A stretch of DNA of 64,000 bases, from assembly GCA_977017645.1 (NCBI GenBank), contig OZ360225.1, positions 115,692,001 through 115,756,000 of the forward strand. Reading direction: 5' to 3'. The notes below the pieces were generated by a model. That model saw only the letters and a list, made by a program, of their open reading frames with translations, was not told the origin of the DNA and did no database searches. Numbering within the stretch: position 1 is the stretch's first letter; every line of letters begins with the position of its first letter. The stretch comes from Torpedo marmorata. Lineage: Eukaryota. This document shows, piece after piece, positions 21,207 through 35,472 of this stretch. The position numbers were made by a program, and so were the translations under genes.

Positions 21207-22516
21207 GTGAGGCCCAAGAAGAGCAGTGTGAGCTGCCTCAACGAATATCGCCCAGTAGCACTAACTTCTACTGTGATGAAATGCTTTGAGAGGCTGGTCA
21301 TGGCCAGAATTAACACGTACCTAAGCAAAGGTCTGGGCCCACTGCAATTCGCCTATCGTCACAATCGCTCCACAGCAGACGCAATATCGCTGGCTCTCCA
21401 CTCAGCACTGGATCACCTCGAAAACAGCAACTCATACATACGGCTGCTCTTCATTGACTACAGCTCAGCCTTCAACACCATTATTCCCTCAGTGCTGGTC
21501 AAGAAGCTACAAACTCTAGGCCTCTGCACCCCCCTCTGCAACTGGATCCTTGACTTTCTCATCGGAAGACCACAGTCAGTACGAATTAGAAACAACGTCT
21601 CCTCCTCACTGATTATCAACACAGGCGCACCCCAAGGATGCGTGCTTAGCCCACTGCTCTACTCATTATACACCCATGACTCTGTGGCCAGGCACAATTC
21701 CAATGCTATCTACAAATTTGCCGATGACACCACAGTTGTCGGCAGAATCACAAATTGCAATGAGGAAGCATACAGGAGGGAGATAGATCAGCTCGTTGAG
21801 TGGTGTCAAGCCAACAAACTTGCGTTCAACGTCAGCAAAACCAAGGAGATGATTATGGACTTCAGGAGGAAGTCAGGGGAACAAGACCCAGTCCTCATCA
21901 AGGGCTCAGTAGTGCAGAGGGTCAAGAACTTCAAATTCCTGGGTGTTATCATCCCGAGGATCTGTCCTGGAGCATCCATGTCAGCGGCTATATTTTGTGA
22001 GGTGTTTTGGTAGATTCGGTATGATACCGAAGACTCTCGAAAACTTCTACAGGTGTACCATGGAGAGCATTCTGGCTGGTTGCATCACTGTCTGGTATGG
22101 AGGCGCCAACTCTCAGGACAAGAAAAAACTCCAGAGGGTTGTTAACTTGGCCTGCGACATTACAGACACCAGAATTCACTCCATCGAGGACATCTACAAG
22201 AGGCGGTGTATTAAAAAAGCAGCCTCTATCCTCAAAGACTCACACCACCCAGGCCATACCCTCTTCACTCTACTACCATCGGGAAAAAGGTACAGGAGCC
22301 TAAAGACGAGCACTCAACGGCACAAGGACAACTTCTTCCCCACTGCCATCAGATTCCTGAATAATCAATGAACCAAAGACACTGCCTTACTTTTTGTGCA
22401 CTAATTTTAAAATTTATTGTTGTAAGGTGGTTTATATGAATGTTTGCACTGTGATTCTGCCGCAAAGCACAGAATTTTGTGACTTGTTCATAACAATAAA
22501 TTCTGATTCTGATTCT
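21207..22516 (+). mobile_element. 5'-truncated Rex1/Babar LINE
   Basis: [29 protein letters not shown]; tail AATAAA(TTCTGA)n. Confidence 0.93.
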
Positions 22517-22635
22517 TATATTTCTTGACACAGTCCATTAACAAGTATGGGACGAGAGCAGGAATACACTATATAGATAAAAATTGAGCCTGCTCCACCA
22601 CTTTATATTGAGTGGGGAGAATGTTAAGAGAACTA

Positions 22636-24577
22636 AATGGGTCCCTAATTACACGGACAATGCTCGCCCCCTAGTCAAGTCCACCACTTTTCCTCTCTCA
22701 GCTGAGACCCGTGCAGCCTTCAGCCTCATCAAAGAGGACATTGCCAGAGCAGCAATGCACGGGGTGGACGAGTCCATTCCCTTCCAAGTAGAGAGCGACG
22801 CGTCCGACTTCGCACCGGCTGCTACCCTCAACCAGGCGGGAAGACCGGTGGCATTCTTCTCCCGTACCCTTCAAGGCCCAAAAATTCGGCACTCAGCGGT
22901 GGAGAAAGAGGCCCAGGCCATAGTGGAAGCTATCAGACACTGGAGGCACTATCTTGCCGGCAAAAGGTTTACCCTGCTGACTGACCAGCGCTCAGTCGCA
23001 TTTATGTTCAGCAATCAGCAGCGGGGTAAAATCAAAAATGATAAAATTCTGAGGTGGAGAATCGAACTCTCCACCTACAACTATGACATCATGTACCAGC
23101 CTGGGAAGCTCTGATGCCCTATCCTGGCGGACGTGCGCCAGCACGCAGATCGACCGGTTATACGCCCTCCACTGAGACCTTTGCCACCCCAGGATCACCC
23201 GGCTTTTCCACTTTGTAAAAGCCCGTAACCTGCCGTACTCACTTGAGGAGGGCAGGACGATGACCGGGGACTGCCAAGTCTGCGCGGAGTGCAAACAGCA
23301 TTTCTACCGACCCAAAAAGGCGCAGCTGATCAAGGCTTCCCTCCCCTTTGAGCGACCGATCGCAATGTGTACTTTCTTAACGTCATTGACGAGTACTCGC
23401 GGTTCCCTTTCGCCATTCCCTGCCCCGATACCACGACCACCTCGGTCATAAAAGCCCTACGCAAACTCTTCACGTTGTTTGGATACCCCTACTATATTCA
23501 TAGTGACTGAGGGTCCTCTTTTATGAGCGACGAGCTGCGCCAATACCTGATGGCCAGGGGTATCGTGACTAGCAGGACCACGAGCTATAACCCCCGGGGG
23601 AATGGACAAGTGGAGAGGGAGAACGCCACGGTCTGGAAGGCCACACTCTTAGCCCTCAGGTCTAAAGGACTACCAGTCTCCCGCTGGCAGGAAGTCCTTC
23701 CCGAGGCACTCCACTCCATCCGCTCCCTGCTACGCACATCCACCAATGCCACCCCTCATGAGCAACTCTTTTCCTTCCCCAGGAAGTCGACCACCGGCAC
23801 TACCCTACCAGCATGGCTGACGTCCTCAGGGCCAGTGCTGCTCCAGAAACATGTGAGGAGCAATAAATATGCCCCGATGGTTGAGAGGGTTCACCTACTA
23901 CACGCGAACCCCCAGTACGCCTACGTGGTTTTTCCTGATTGGCGGGAAGACACGGTCTCCATCCGGGACATGGCATCCGCAGGAGCACTGGGGCCTGCCC
24001 CCGAACACTCCATGGTTACTGTCACCCCCGCACCGACTGCTAGATACACACAGGAGACAACACGTAATCCAAACCTGACACAGACACCAAACGAGACCCC
24101 CGTACCGGCGGCGGCATACCCACACGAAGTCTTGCCGACGCCAGACGTGCTGCTACCTCCAACCAGGCAGGAGGCAGCACAAGCACCGCCGCCTGCCCCA
24201 TCACCACAAGTACTGCACCGATCACAGCGGCGGACTCGACCGCCTGATAGTCTCGACCTGTAAATATACTCATTTGTACATTTTCTTTTGTAAATATGGT
24301 TACACCCTTCACCCTGCGGGATTCTTTTAAAAGGAGGGGTGAATGTGGTAAACCACTATGTATAGTTTGTGGCTGGGTGAGATGTCTGGACATGCCCTCT
24401 GCTGACTGTTCCTGTGGCTCCTCCCACAGACCCCCTGAATAAAGGTGATTGTGCCACTGCTCCTCCCCCAGTCCAGGACAGATAACCAACATGGATGTGT
24501 CTCCATTCTATTGCTAATAAAAGCCTTTCAGTTCAAGTACAACTTCTAGTCTTCTGAAGTTATTGATGGGCTCATCA
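22636..24577 (+). mobile_element. 5'-truncated Gypsy of a sister subfamily (RNase H, IN, PPT, 3' LTR 24344-24577)
   Basis: ORFs 22584-23114 and 23523-24263 align to the 1305-aa ORF; same PPT; 234-bp LTR TGTGG...CATCA. Confidence 0.95.
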
Positions 24578-25997
24578 AAAGTGCAAAAGTAAGAGTCCTT
24601 GAATGAGTCTGATTGAGTTTGTTGTTGAGGAGTCTGATGGTGGAGGGGTAGCAGCTGTTCCTGATCCTGATGGTACGAATGTTGTAGCCCCTATACCTCT
24701 TTCCTGATGGTAGCAGCGAGAACAGAGCATGTGCTGGGTGATGTGGATCCTTGATGATTGCTGCTGCTCTCCGACGGCAGCGTTCCCTGTAGATGTTCTC
24801 GATGATGGGAAGGGTTTTGCCTGTGATGTCCTGGGCTGTGTACACTACCTGTTGCAAGGCTTTCTGCTCAGGGGTATTGGTGTCCCCATACCAGACAGTG
24901 ATGCAGCCTGTCAGCACACTTTCCACCACACATCTTTAGAAATTTGCCAGGATTTCCGATGTCATACCAAAGCTCCGCAAACTCCTGAGGAAGTAGGGGC
25001 GCTGATGTGCTTTCTTCACGATACCATTAGTGTGTTAGGTCCAGGAAAGATCCTCCAAGATAGTGACTCCCAAGAACTTAAATTTTCTCACCCTCTCCAC
25101 CTCTGATCCCCCAATGATCACTAGATCGTACACCTCTAGTTTTCCCTTCCTGAAGTCAATAATCATCTCCTTGGTTATGGTGACATTGAGTGTAAAGTGG
25201 TTGTTGGTGCACCATTTGGCCGTTTTCAATCTCTCTCCTGAATACTGACTCATTGCCCCTTTTTATACAAACCACTACTATGCTTTCGTCAGTGAATTTG
25301 TAAATGTTATTGTCATACCGAGCCACACAGTCATAGGTGTACAGCGAGTTGAGCAGGGGGCTAAGAACACAGCCCTATGGTGCTCCCATACTAATGGAGA
25401 TTGTGGAGGAGATGTTCTTACCAATCCTCACTGATTGTGGTCTGGAGGGGAGGAAATCCATGATCCAATTACACAGTGGGGTGTTGAGTCCCAGGTCTTG
25501 GAGTTTGCTGATCAGTTTTGAGGGGATGATGGTGTTGAATGCTGAACTTTAGTCGATAAAGAGCATCCTGATGTATGCATCTTTGCTGTCCAGGTGTTCC
25601 AGGGCTATGTGTAGAGCCAGTGAGATAGCATCTACTGCAGACCCGTTGTTGCAGTAGGCAAATTGGTATGGGTCCATGCCGCCGCTCAGACCGGAGCTGA
25701 TATGCTTCAACACCAGCCTTTCATAACACTTCATCACTGTTGATGTGAGTGCCACTGGTCGATAGTCATTTAGGCAGGTTACCACACTCTGCTTGGGCAC
25801 CGGTATGTTTGAGGCCTGTTTGAAACAGGTGGGAACCACACCCTGCCAGAGTGAGATGTTGAAGGTATCCGTGAATACATTGGCAGTTGGTCAGCAGATA
25901 TTTTTAATACTCAGCCGAGTACTCCATCCGGGCTGGATGCTTTCCTCAGATTCACTCTCCTGAAGGCAGCCTTCACGTCATCCTCGGATACGGACAT
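24578..25997 (-). mobile_element. Rex1/Babar LINE, truncated and decayed
   Basis: Minus-strand ORF fragments with [25 protein letters not shown]. Confidence 0.9.
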
Positions 25998-26703
25998 ATG
26001 TGGTTAAAAGCACCTTTGCATCATCCTCCCTCTCTGGAAAAAACAATACTACAGCTGGAACTGAAACAGTGGTCATACTGTGATTAGGGCAGATGTTCTG
26101 AAACAACGTCAACATTTGAAGGAGCTCTCCAAAACAAGCCACAGTGAATTTCCCACATTAAGGTAGTGCAATTAATCTGCAAAATTAACCATCTATAAAT
26201 TATCGGCTATAAGGAAGTGGCATTACCTAAATAAGAAAGGGGCAAATTTCAACTACAAGCACTGAAGACAACTCCATTAATAGCACTCACATGAAGATGA
26301 GGATACTGGAAATAATTGTGTAAGAGACCTACTGCAGTAATGCATTTTAGCATATGTCAAGGAAACGTGGCCCAAGTGATTTGGTGAGTCCTTTGTTGCC
26401 ATTCGATAATGGTGTGATTAGACCACAGCAATACTCTCATTCCAAAAAAGCTATAATATCCTTGTTTACCAGGTTCTCCAGGGTATCCTGTTCCATGGTA
26501 GACATGTTGACAGGTAGCACTCCTCTGCTCATTTCCTCCGATTCATCAAATCCAGGAGAAAGAAGGGCAATATTTTAGTTTGTGAAGCATGCTAATGTGT
26601 TCACAATAAATGCGCTATAGGTGCTTGGTGTGCATTAAGAAGTAGGTTTTGTTAATATGGCTGATAGTAGGAGAGTAGTAGTAGGAATTATGGATTAGAG
26701 TAG

Positions 26704-28265
26704 GGAGAGTGAATCCGAGGAAACCATCCGGTCCGGATGGAGTACCCAGCCGAGTTTCAAAAACCTGTGCTGACCAACTTGTCAATGTATTCACGGATAT
26801 CTTCTACATCTCACTCTGGCACGGCGTGGTACCCACCTGTTTTAAACAGGCCTCAATTGTACTGGTGCCCAAGGAGAGTGTGGTAACTTGCTGAAATGAT
26901 TATCGACCCGTGGCACTCAAATCAACAGTGATGAAGTGTTTTGAAAGGCTGGTGTTGAAGCACATCAGTTCCTGACTGAGTTGCGACATGGATCCGTTCC
27001 AATTCGCCTACTGTAGCAACAACGGCAGGTCTACGGCGGATGCCATCTCACTGGCTCAACACAAAGCCCTGGAACACCTGGACAGGAAAGATGCATACAT
27101 CAGGATGCTCTTTATCGACTACAGTTCAGCATTCAACACCATCATCCCCTCAAAATTGATCAGTAAACACTAAGACAAAGGACTCAACACCCCACTGTGT
27201 TATTGGATCCTGGATTTTCTCACCTTCAGACCACAATCAGTGAGGATCGGCCAGAACATCTCCACAATCTCCATCAATACTAGAGCATCACAAGGCTGTG
27301 TTCTTCGCTCCCTGCTCTACTCGCAATATATCTATGATTGTGTGGCTCGATATGACAACAACACCATCCACAAATTTGTCGATAATACCACAGTAGTGGG
27401 TTGTATAAAAAAGGGGATGATTCAGCATACAGGAGGGAGATTGAAAACTTGGCTAAATGGTGCACCAACAACAACCTTGCACTCAATGTCACCAAAACCA
27501 AGGAGCTGATTGTTGACTTCAGGAAGGGAAAACCAGAGGTATACAACCCAGTGATTATTGGGAGATCAGAGGTGGAGAGGGTGAGCAAATTTAAGTTCTT
27601 GGGAGTCACTATCTCAGAGGATCTTTCCTGGACCCAACACACTAATGGCACTGTGAAGAAAGCACATCAGCGCCTCTACTTCCTCAGGAGTTTGCAGAGG
27701 TTTGGTATAATATCAGAAACCCTGGCAAATTTCTACAGATGTGTGGTGTAAAGCGTGCTGACCGGCTGCATCACAGTCTGATATGGGGACACCAATACCC
27801 TCAGCGGAAAGCCCTGCAAAAGGTAGTGGACACAGCCCAGGACATCACAGGCGAAACCCTCCCCACCATCAAGAACATCTACAAGGAACGCTGCCGTCGG
27901 AGAGCAGCAGCAATCATCAAGGATTCACACCACCCAGCACACGCTTTGTTCTCGCTGCTACCATCAGGAAAGAGGTATAGGTGCCACAAGACTCGCATCA
28001 CCAGGTTCAGGAACAGCTGCTACCCCTCCACCATCAGAGTCCTCAATAACAAACTCGATCAGGGACTCATTTAAGGACTTTTACTTTTGCATTTTATTGA
28101 TTTTTAAAAATTTCTCTCTGTATTGCACAGTCAGTTTATTTACATTTTTTTATTTGTTTACATGTGTACGTTGAGTACAGTTTTTTTTTGCACTACCAGG
28201 AAGTGGTAATTCTGCCTTGCCTGCAGGAAAAAGAATCATGTACTCTTGACAATAAATCTAAAATG
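26704..28265 (+). mobile_element. Rex1/Babar LINE, 5'-truncated and decayed
   Basis: NPRKPSGPDGVP through RFRNSCYPSTIR; 3' UTR ends TGACAATAAA. Confidence 0.9.
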
Positions 28266-29564
28266 AAAATCAACCAGTTAAGGGAACTGTGAGTGCAAGG
28301 GGTAGGCAACTACACAAAAGAAGTAACTTTTCCCTTGTCTGAAAACTTCATGTCACTAAATTTCTCATGGCATTGTTTCTATGATGGGTGATCATGTTAA
28401 TTTGCATGGTATTTCCATTAGTGCCTCTGCAATGCCAGCCTCAACATTTAATTTATCCAGGATTGGGAGAGGACAACATTACACACCCTCTTGGCTACAA
28501 CAAAACTGTGTGCATCATGTTTACAATTTTCAACATCTTTGTGCTATCAAGATTCTCTATTTTCTTTCCTCATTCTAAGATAAATGCAAGGGTATTCCTG
28601 TTTAAATTTGTTTCAAGAGATAGAAATGTTGCTTTGTAGATGGTAAGTTGCACTTATGCCAAAAACCATGTAGACATGCTGGGGAAATCTGACCTCTGAC
28701 CCCATCCAACAGATGTAGAAATCAAACCTGGAATTAAAATCTACTCAGTTGTTCCCTGGATAAGTTCTTTGTTTACATCCACATTACATTTATGACTCCT
28801 CTATTTTAGCATCTATGTTATCGCCTATATTAGATCTATTTCTCCTGATATATGAGAACATTCAGGAGATGGAGGTTTATGATCACTATTCAGTCAGTTC
28901 CTCCTGTGACTGCTTATGCCATTAAAATATGGTTTCCTATTCCTAACATTTTTCTAATCATATTGCAATTATTTCCCCAGTGTTGTTGCCATTGTCTATT
29001 AACTGGCCTCCCATCAGAATCAATTGTATCTTCTATCAGCAGATGTAAAACAAAGCCACCTGCGCGCTTCACCATCCAGACGACAAAAGCAGATATTGGA
29101 ATTATTTTCCAGTAAACTAATTGTGGGATCCAGATGCTCGTTATGAAGCACTTCAACTCTATCCGTGTAGTTTATGAAATCATGAATGCCCCTTAATGAA
29201 AGTATTGCAGTGCAGTTTGTCGCCTATCCATTATCTCTAACATATCTGGCTTCAATTTCTGACTGACCTTCACTGCATTTCAGTTTGAATGTATTTATAA
29301 TTTGTTTTGCATCCTGTTAAGTTGTACTTTGGAGACAATGTACATTACTTAACTAGAAATAATTACAACTTTGTCTTTGGAATGCTGAGCTAGTATGAAA
29401 GGAGGTAGAATAGCAATTGACTTCAGTTTAATGACCAGAGTATTGACATTTGGAATTTTAGTTACTGAGGCCAAGATCTAGAAACTACTGCTTTCTTTTA
29501 ATTTCTTAAATTTCACTGATTATTTGAATTAGACATCAATTTTTAAATTTAAACGTATAAAATG

Positions 29565-29818
29565 TTAAATTTAAATTTAAATTTAAATTTAGACATACAG
29601 CATGGTAACAGGCCTTCCGGCCCACGAGCCTGTGCCACTGAAATACCCCAATTAACCTACAACCCCTGTATGTTTTGAAGGGTGGGAGGAAACCGGAATG
29701 CCCGGAGGAAACCCATGCAGACACGGGAAGAACGGACAAACTCTTTACAGACAGCACTGGATTCGAACCCGGGTTGCTGGCACTATAATAGCATTGAGCT
29801 AACCACTACGCTAACTGT
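29565..29818 (-). mobile_element. tRNA-derived V-SINE (HE1-like)
   Basis: B box GGTTCGAATCC, V core, (TTTAAA)n tail. Confidence 0.85.
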
Positions 29819-30503
29819 AAATAAGAAACCTACGTTATTAAAAGTTGTTACATTTGACTATTTAAAAGAATATGGTTACAGATATTAATTTTACAAGCAG
29901 AGACACTAAGAACATATTATAAACATAGAACATTACAGCACAGTACAGGCCCTTCAGCCCACGATGTTGTTCTGACCCATGTAAACCTACTCCACAACAA
30001 TCTAATTTTTCCCTACCTCACACCCATAATCTCTATTTTTCTTATAATTTGTCAGAAGCTTCTAAAGTGCACATGTGTACAATGAAATTCAGATTAAAAT
30101 TTAAACCTACAAAATGCTTCAGTGCCATGTACCTCCTTTACAGGGAATACTTGCAGTACGTAAATTGATGCATTCGAGATATTATGTACTATTTGCTGAA
30201 AAAGTGCTGAAAATGTCTTGTAGATTAAGAAGTGTGTTCTTAACAATGTATTCAGAAATAATTGCTTCTAATCAATCTTTCTGGTTTTGTACAAGTTACT
30301 TTATTTCTGTAGGTTCTAACTTCTGAGAATTTCAAAATTTCATGGATTTTGTTTGTTCATAACATTTCAGATTCAATTTTAATCCATATGCATGGCAAAC
30401 GTTTATTGAAAATATTTACAAATTATTATTGCAACAGTTGGATAAGAATGTCAGCCCTTAATGCTGCTCTTTCTAATGCAGTCTCAAAGCAAACACGTAC
30501 ACC

Positions 30504-31900
30504 ATGGCTGCAGCAGAAGAAATAAAGGCTGCAGGAGAGAGGGAGAAGGCTCCACGTTTCACACAAAGAGACATTAAAGTCCTGCTGCATTTAATAGAGG
30601 CTAGGAGGGATGTATTGTGCTCCCAAGGGTGCATGATTAGAAACAACCTACCAGAGCCACCGTCAGAAGACCTTAGCAGGAGGTAGTCTAGTTGTGTCCT
30701 CTAATATTGAGAATCCCTGCAGCATGAGTAATACTGCTAGAAATCTTACAACATGACTGGATTTGATAAAGTGAGCTCTGTAAATACTGGTATTTCATGC
30801 TGATCCTCACACGCACACACACCTGTACATATTTCACCCTCTTCTACGCCACCTCTTCCAGAAGAAAGGGACACAGAGCAAGAGGGGAGGGAGGGAGATG
30901 ATGATGATGATCACAATATGTATGTGACCAATAGCCAGCCACATTGTCTCTGTTGCAGTGACAGTCTCTGAGGGAGGTGGGGTACACATAGATTGCAATT
31001 TGGCTGTAGGAGTTTGATGAGGGAGCTCATTGGGAGGAGAGAAAGAGGAGAAATCGGGGTCCATGTATTATTGACTCCCCCAGAAGTTCCACAAGGACCA
31101 CATTTGGGATACTGCCATGAGGGCTCATGCAGATTTATAGTGAGCTGAGCACATTGTCAGACTTGACCCACCAAATGCAAAAGATGGCAAGAACGTGTCC
31201 ACATCTATGCTCTTGCAGGAGGAGATTATGAGCTCCACAGGATCTTGTGCTCCCTCTTTGTTGGGGATCAGTGACAATCCTGTCACACAGCATTGACTGG
31301 TTCACATGACAGTTGCAGTGGAGGCACTGAAGGAAGTCATAGGGAGCCCTTCTGCTTCTCACGCTGAGTGGTCTCAATGGGAGACACTTGAGGCTCTTCA
31401 GGAACAGCAGTATGCCACCAGGGTGCATTTTTATGTCCTGGCTGAGCAGGGAGATGCTACTCACAAGAAATTGCTTTTCTCAAGAGACAGGTGGATGCCA
31501 TCCATCACGACCTGTGGTTCCACTGGAGAAAAAGATGATACATGGCAGCTGTTTGTTCTACCAAACAGAAAGATGACAAATATGAGCAGATCATTCACCT
31601 AAAGGAGCAGGGAGCTGGCACATGGGAACTCGTCTCTCCTGCAGAAATAGTAAAATGGCATCTCCTCTCCTTCACCACAAGCAGAATCCTATTCAGATTG
31701 CTCAGAGGACAGACTTCAAAGAGGATTTCAAAGACAGCAGAGAGCAGACACGTGCCATTCAGAATCTGTCATCTGAAGCAACTATGTCTAGAGGTTGAAA
31801 CAATGATTACGAATCTGCATGCCAGCAGATTTGTTTGACAATTGGTTTCCAGACCTTTGAAAAGTCATTAAGTTATGCCCCTGTCATAAGGGCACCAAAT
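30504..31900 (+). pseudogene. Decayed Myb/SANT-like DNA-binding gene, probably from a Harbinger transposon
   Basis: ACCATGG start; KAPRFTQRDIKVLLHLIEARRDVL resembles the Myb/SANT-like N-terminus; donor GTGAG at 30771; frames broken afterwards; 3' limit uncertain. Confidence 0.55.
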
Positions 31901-33062
31901 TTACATGCATACTCACCCCTGTTCCACAGCCAGCCTTACGAGACTGCTCTTTCAATTAATTTTGGACACCACCTTGGTCATCAAAAACATTAGTGTAACA
32001 GAGCAACTCGATTGCAACAACAACAAATCACACATATACGTACATTGTGAACAGGCAAAACAGATCCAAAAGTTTTGTTTTTTTTTGTTTTAAATTATTG
32101 TAAGAATGCTAGAACTATTCAAATGGATAAGTGACGGTGGAGTGGACTTAATATTGAATTCCACAACTTCAGGCAACTCAAGTTTTCTGTTTGTATCAAT
32201 ACTGTCTACTTCTGCTGCAGGTCATCCATCTGTAATATTGGCACAGTTTTTTCTCTCTTCACTAGCATGACACAACCTGCTGGGCATTTCCCAAGTGCTG
32301 CATTTCCTAGCTTTTGTGCTCCTTTGTTCACATTTTCTCTCCAAATAGCACAATTAACCTACCAACCAGAAAGCTTCATTAACAGCCCATTTCCACAACA
32401 ACCCCCGGCTTCACCCTATCAGAGATATTCCCCCTGTCCTATCCACCCTCACCCTTTTTCCATAGATGCTGTCACACCCTATGAGTGTTTACAGCATTTT
32501 CTTTTGGAAAAAAAAATAGTTTGGAATAAATCAAAGGAGATTACTTTGGTAACCTTCCAATTTTAATACATTACTTAGATTTCTTGCAACTTTATTCATT
32601 GTTCATTTTTCACAATGTGGACATCATTGGCAAGGGCGACATTTATTGTCCTTAGAAAGATCTGGTGAGTTATCCTGTTAAACTGCTGCAATCATTCTGG
32701 TGAAATACGTCTCACAAAACTGTTGGGTTGAGAGTTCCTCTGTTTCTTGAGAAACTGTTTTAACTCTCTGGTTTGATGCAACTGAATGCCTTGACCATTT
32801 TTGAGGGAATGGTTAAGAGCAAAACATATTACTCTTGGTCTGAAATCTCAACCAGATAAGGACAAGAAGAACTCTTCCTTTGAAGAACATTAATGAACCT
32901 GATGGGATTTAATGATATTCCTGTATTTTTATAACAACCGTTAATGAGAATAGTAATTTTTAAATTAAAATAATCACAGATTATTTAATCAACCAAATTT
33001 AGTTTACACAGCTTCCATTAGTGGGATTTAATTTACATCCCTGGATTGTTCATTATTCTTTA

Positions 33063-33827
33063 CTAGCAGGATACCCGGCATTGCCCGGGAAATAAAACAC
33101 TCAGTTGTTGACTACATGGTTGAAATAAAATACCCAAAAAACTTCATGGTAATTCTGCATAAATATATTTTTTCAAACACAACATTTATATTCTTTGTAA
33201 CAGAGATACATGGTTCAAACAAACTTGACTTCGCTGTCTCTTGCTTTCTCCTTTGTCTAACTCTACGGGCTTGTGAAGAGCTTCTGCCAATGTTACTTTG
33301 CTTTTTTGGGCCCATATTGAACTGGGTTTGGCCACTTGTTTTTATTCTGAATGTACATTGATGCACAGCACTGTAACTAATTGAGGTGTCCCTGGTGCTA
33401 GTTAAAAAATTTTTTTGAACTTTTGAACTTCATATGACCTTAAAGGTTAAATTCAATGTGGTCATGACATTCAGCATCAAATGTCACCACAATTATAGTA
33501 AACAGTAATGCAAATCAGTGCATAGTAAATACTTGTATAATAAACAGTAATGCAAGTCAGTGGAAACTGGTCAAAAAACACTTTTGAACTTCATATGACC
33601 TTAAAGGTTAAATTCAATGTATATCGATTCCCTGAGGCTGTACAGTCATTTTCACCATTTTGTCCTCCTGCCACTTCAGGTGACCTTAAAGGTTAAATTC
33701 AATGTGGCCATGACATTCAGCATCAAATGTTACCTCTATTGAACCTCCTTGGACATTTCTAGAGTGCTCCATATTGATTTGCATGGAGAATAGACAAACA
33801 GACATACATGCACAAATATATATTAGA
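33063..33827 (-). mobile_element. Non-autonomous Helitron, 765 bp
   Basis: 5' A|TCTAATATATAT; 3' hairpin CCCGGGCAATGCCGGG then CTAG|T; residual MGPKKQSNIGRSSSQARR; three internal TGACCTTAAAGGTTAAATTCAATGT repeats. Confidence 0.85.
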
Positions 33828-33859
33828 TTAGTTCACTAATTTACAGTTGCACCATCATA

Positions 33860-34127
33860 GTAACAACAACCTCACACTCAAGGTCCCCAAAACCAAGGAG
33901 CTGATTGTTGACTTCAGGAAGGGAAAACCAGAGGTGTATGATCCAGCGATCATGGAGGATCAGAGGTGGAGAGGGTGAGCAAATTTAAGTTCTTGGGAAT
34001 CACTATCTCGGAGGATCTTTCCTGGACCCAACACACAAATGGCATCATGAAGAAAGCACGTCAGCGCCTCTATTTCCTCGGGCGTTTGCAGAGGTCTGGT
34101 ATGACATCGGAAACTCTGGCAAATTTC
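33860..34127 (+). mobile_element. Rex1/Babar fragment cut by an L1 insertion
   Basis: [12 protein letters not shown]...FKFLG...RQRLYFL. Confidence 0.85.
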
Positions 34128-35472
34128 TTTTCTTTTTAAAATATTTTCATTGAGTTTAACATATATATAAAATGAAACAAATAACAGGTCATATCATATA
34201 CATGTAGATATAAAATGAGTAGAACTACATTAGACTATTCCTCGATCTAAACAAAGGGTAAATTCTGTCTAATTTATTGAAATGAACAATGACAACCATA
34301 TTTAAACCCATATTTAACCAATTAATCAAAATAAAAGAAAACAACAAAAAAAACCTAAAACTAAATCTAATCTATCCCCTCCCTCTAATCAAGGTTACCT
34401 TGTAGAAAGGATGTAAAGATATGGATCAAATAGCGACCTTCAGACACTAGACAGAGAATCTCTGGAGCATCCAAACTTCTTAAATCTTCCAATCATGATA
34501 GTATTCTATGAATGGGCCCCACATCTTTTCAAATTGAAACTTACTATCTTTAATATTGTATCTAATCTTCTCCAAGCTTAAATAGGACATTACGTCATGT
34601 AACCTCTGTGTATGAGTAGGTGAAGAATCATCTTTCCATTTCAATAAAATTGCTCGTCTGGCTATCAACGTGGTAAAAGCTAAAACTTTCTCCTGGGTTG
34701 CAAATAGAGGTATATCCGGTTCGCGAGAAAAACCAAACAAAGCAATTAATGGGCATGGTTCTAATTTGATCTTAAAAATCGTTGATAAAGTTTGGAAAAT
34801 GTTTTCCCAGAATCTTCCTAAATTGGGGCACTCCCAAAACATATGAATCAATGAAGCTTCAAAAATTTTACACTTCTCACATAATGGGTCAACATCTGCA
34901 TAAAAACGAGATAATTTAAGTTTGGACATATGTACTCTATGTACCACCTTAAACTGTAATAAAAAATGCCTTGCACAAAATGAGGAATCATTGATCAAAC
35001 TAAGAGTAGAGTAACAATCTTCATCTGAAAATGTTATATTCAAATCACGTTCCCAATCATTCTTAATCCCAGCCATTGAGGCTGATCTTAAATCCAATAG
35101 CTCGCTATAAATACATGTTACTAATCTACCATGAACGAACTGTAAATTAAACAATAAATCAAGAATATTTATATTTGAGATTCGAGGAAAATCAGAAAGC
35201 TTAGACTGAACAAAATGCCTAACTTGTAAATATCTAAAAAAATGTCTATTAGGAAGATTAAATTTAGCTGATAATTCTTCAAAAGAGGCAAAGTTATCTC
35301 GAATAAAAAGATCTTTATAATTTTTAATACCTAATCTATACCATTCATTAAAACCTACGTCTAACACAGACGGCTGAAAAAGATGGTTATCTATAATGGG
35401 ACTAGCAAGAGAAAAACTATTATAACCAAAAATTTTTCTAAATTAAACCCATATTCTCAACCTATTTCTCAT

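Noticed and set aside
26300-26580. Coding-looking minus-strand stretch between the two Rex1 copies (similarly 28914-29156)
   Set aside because: No recognisable motif and no convincing acceptor/donor pair.
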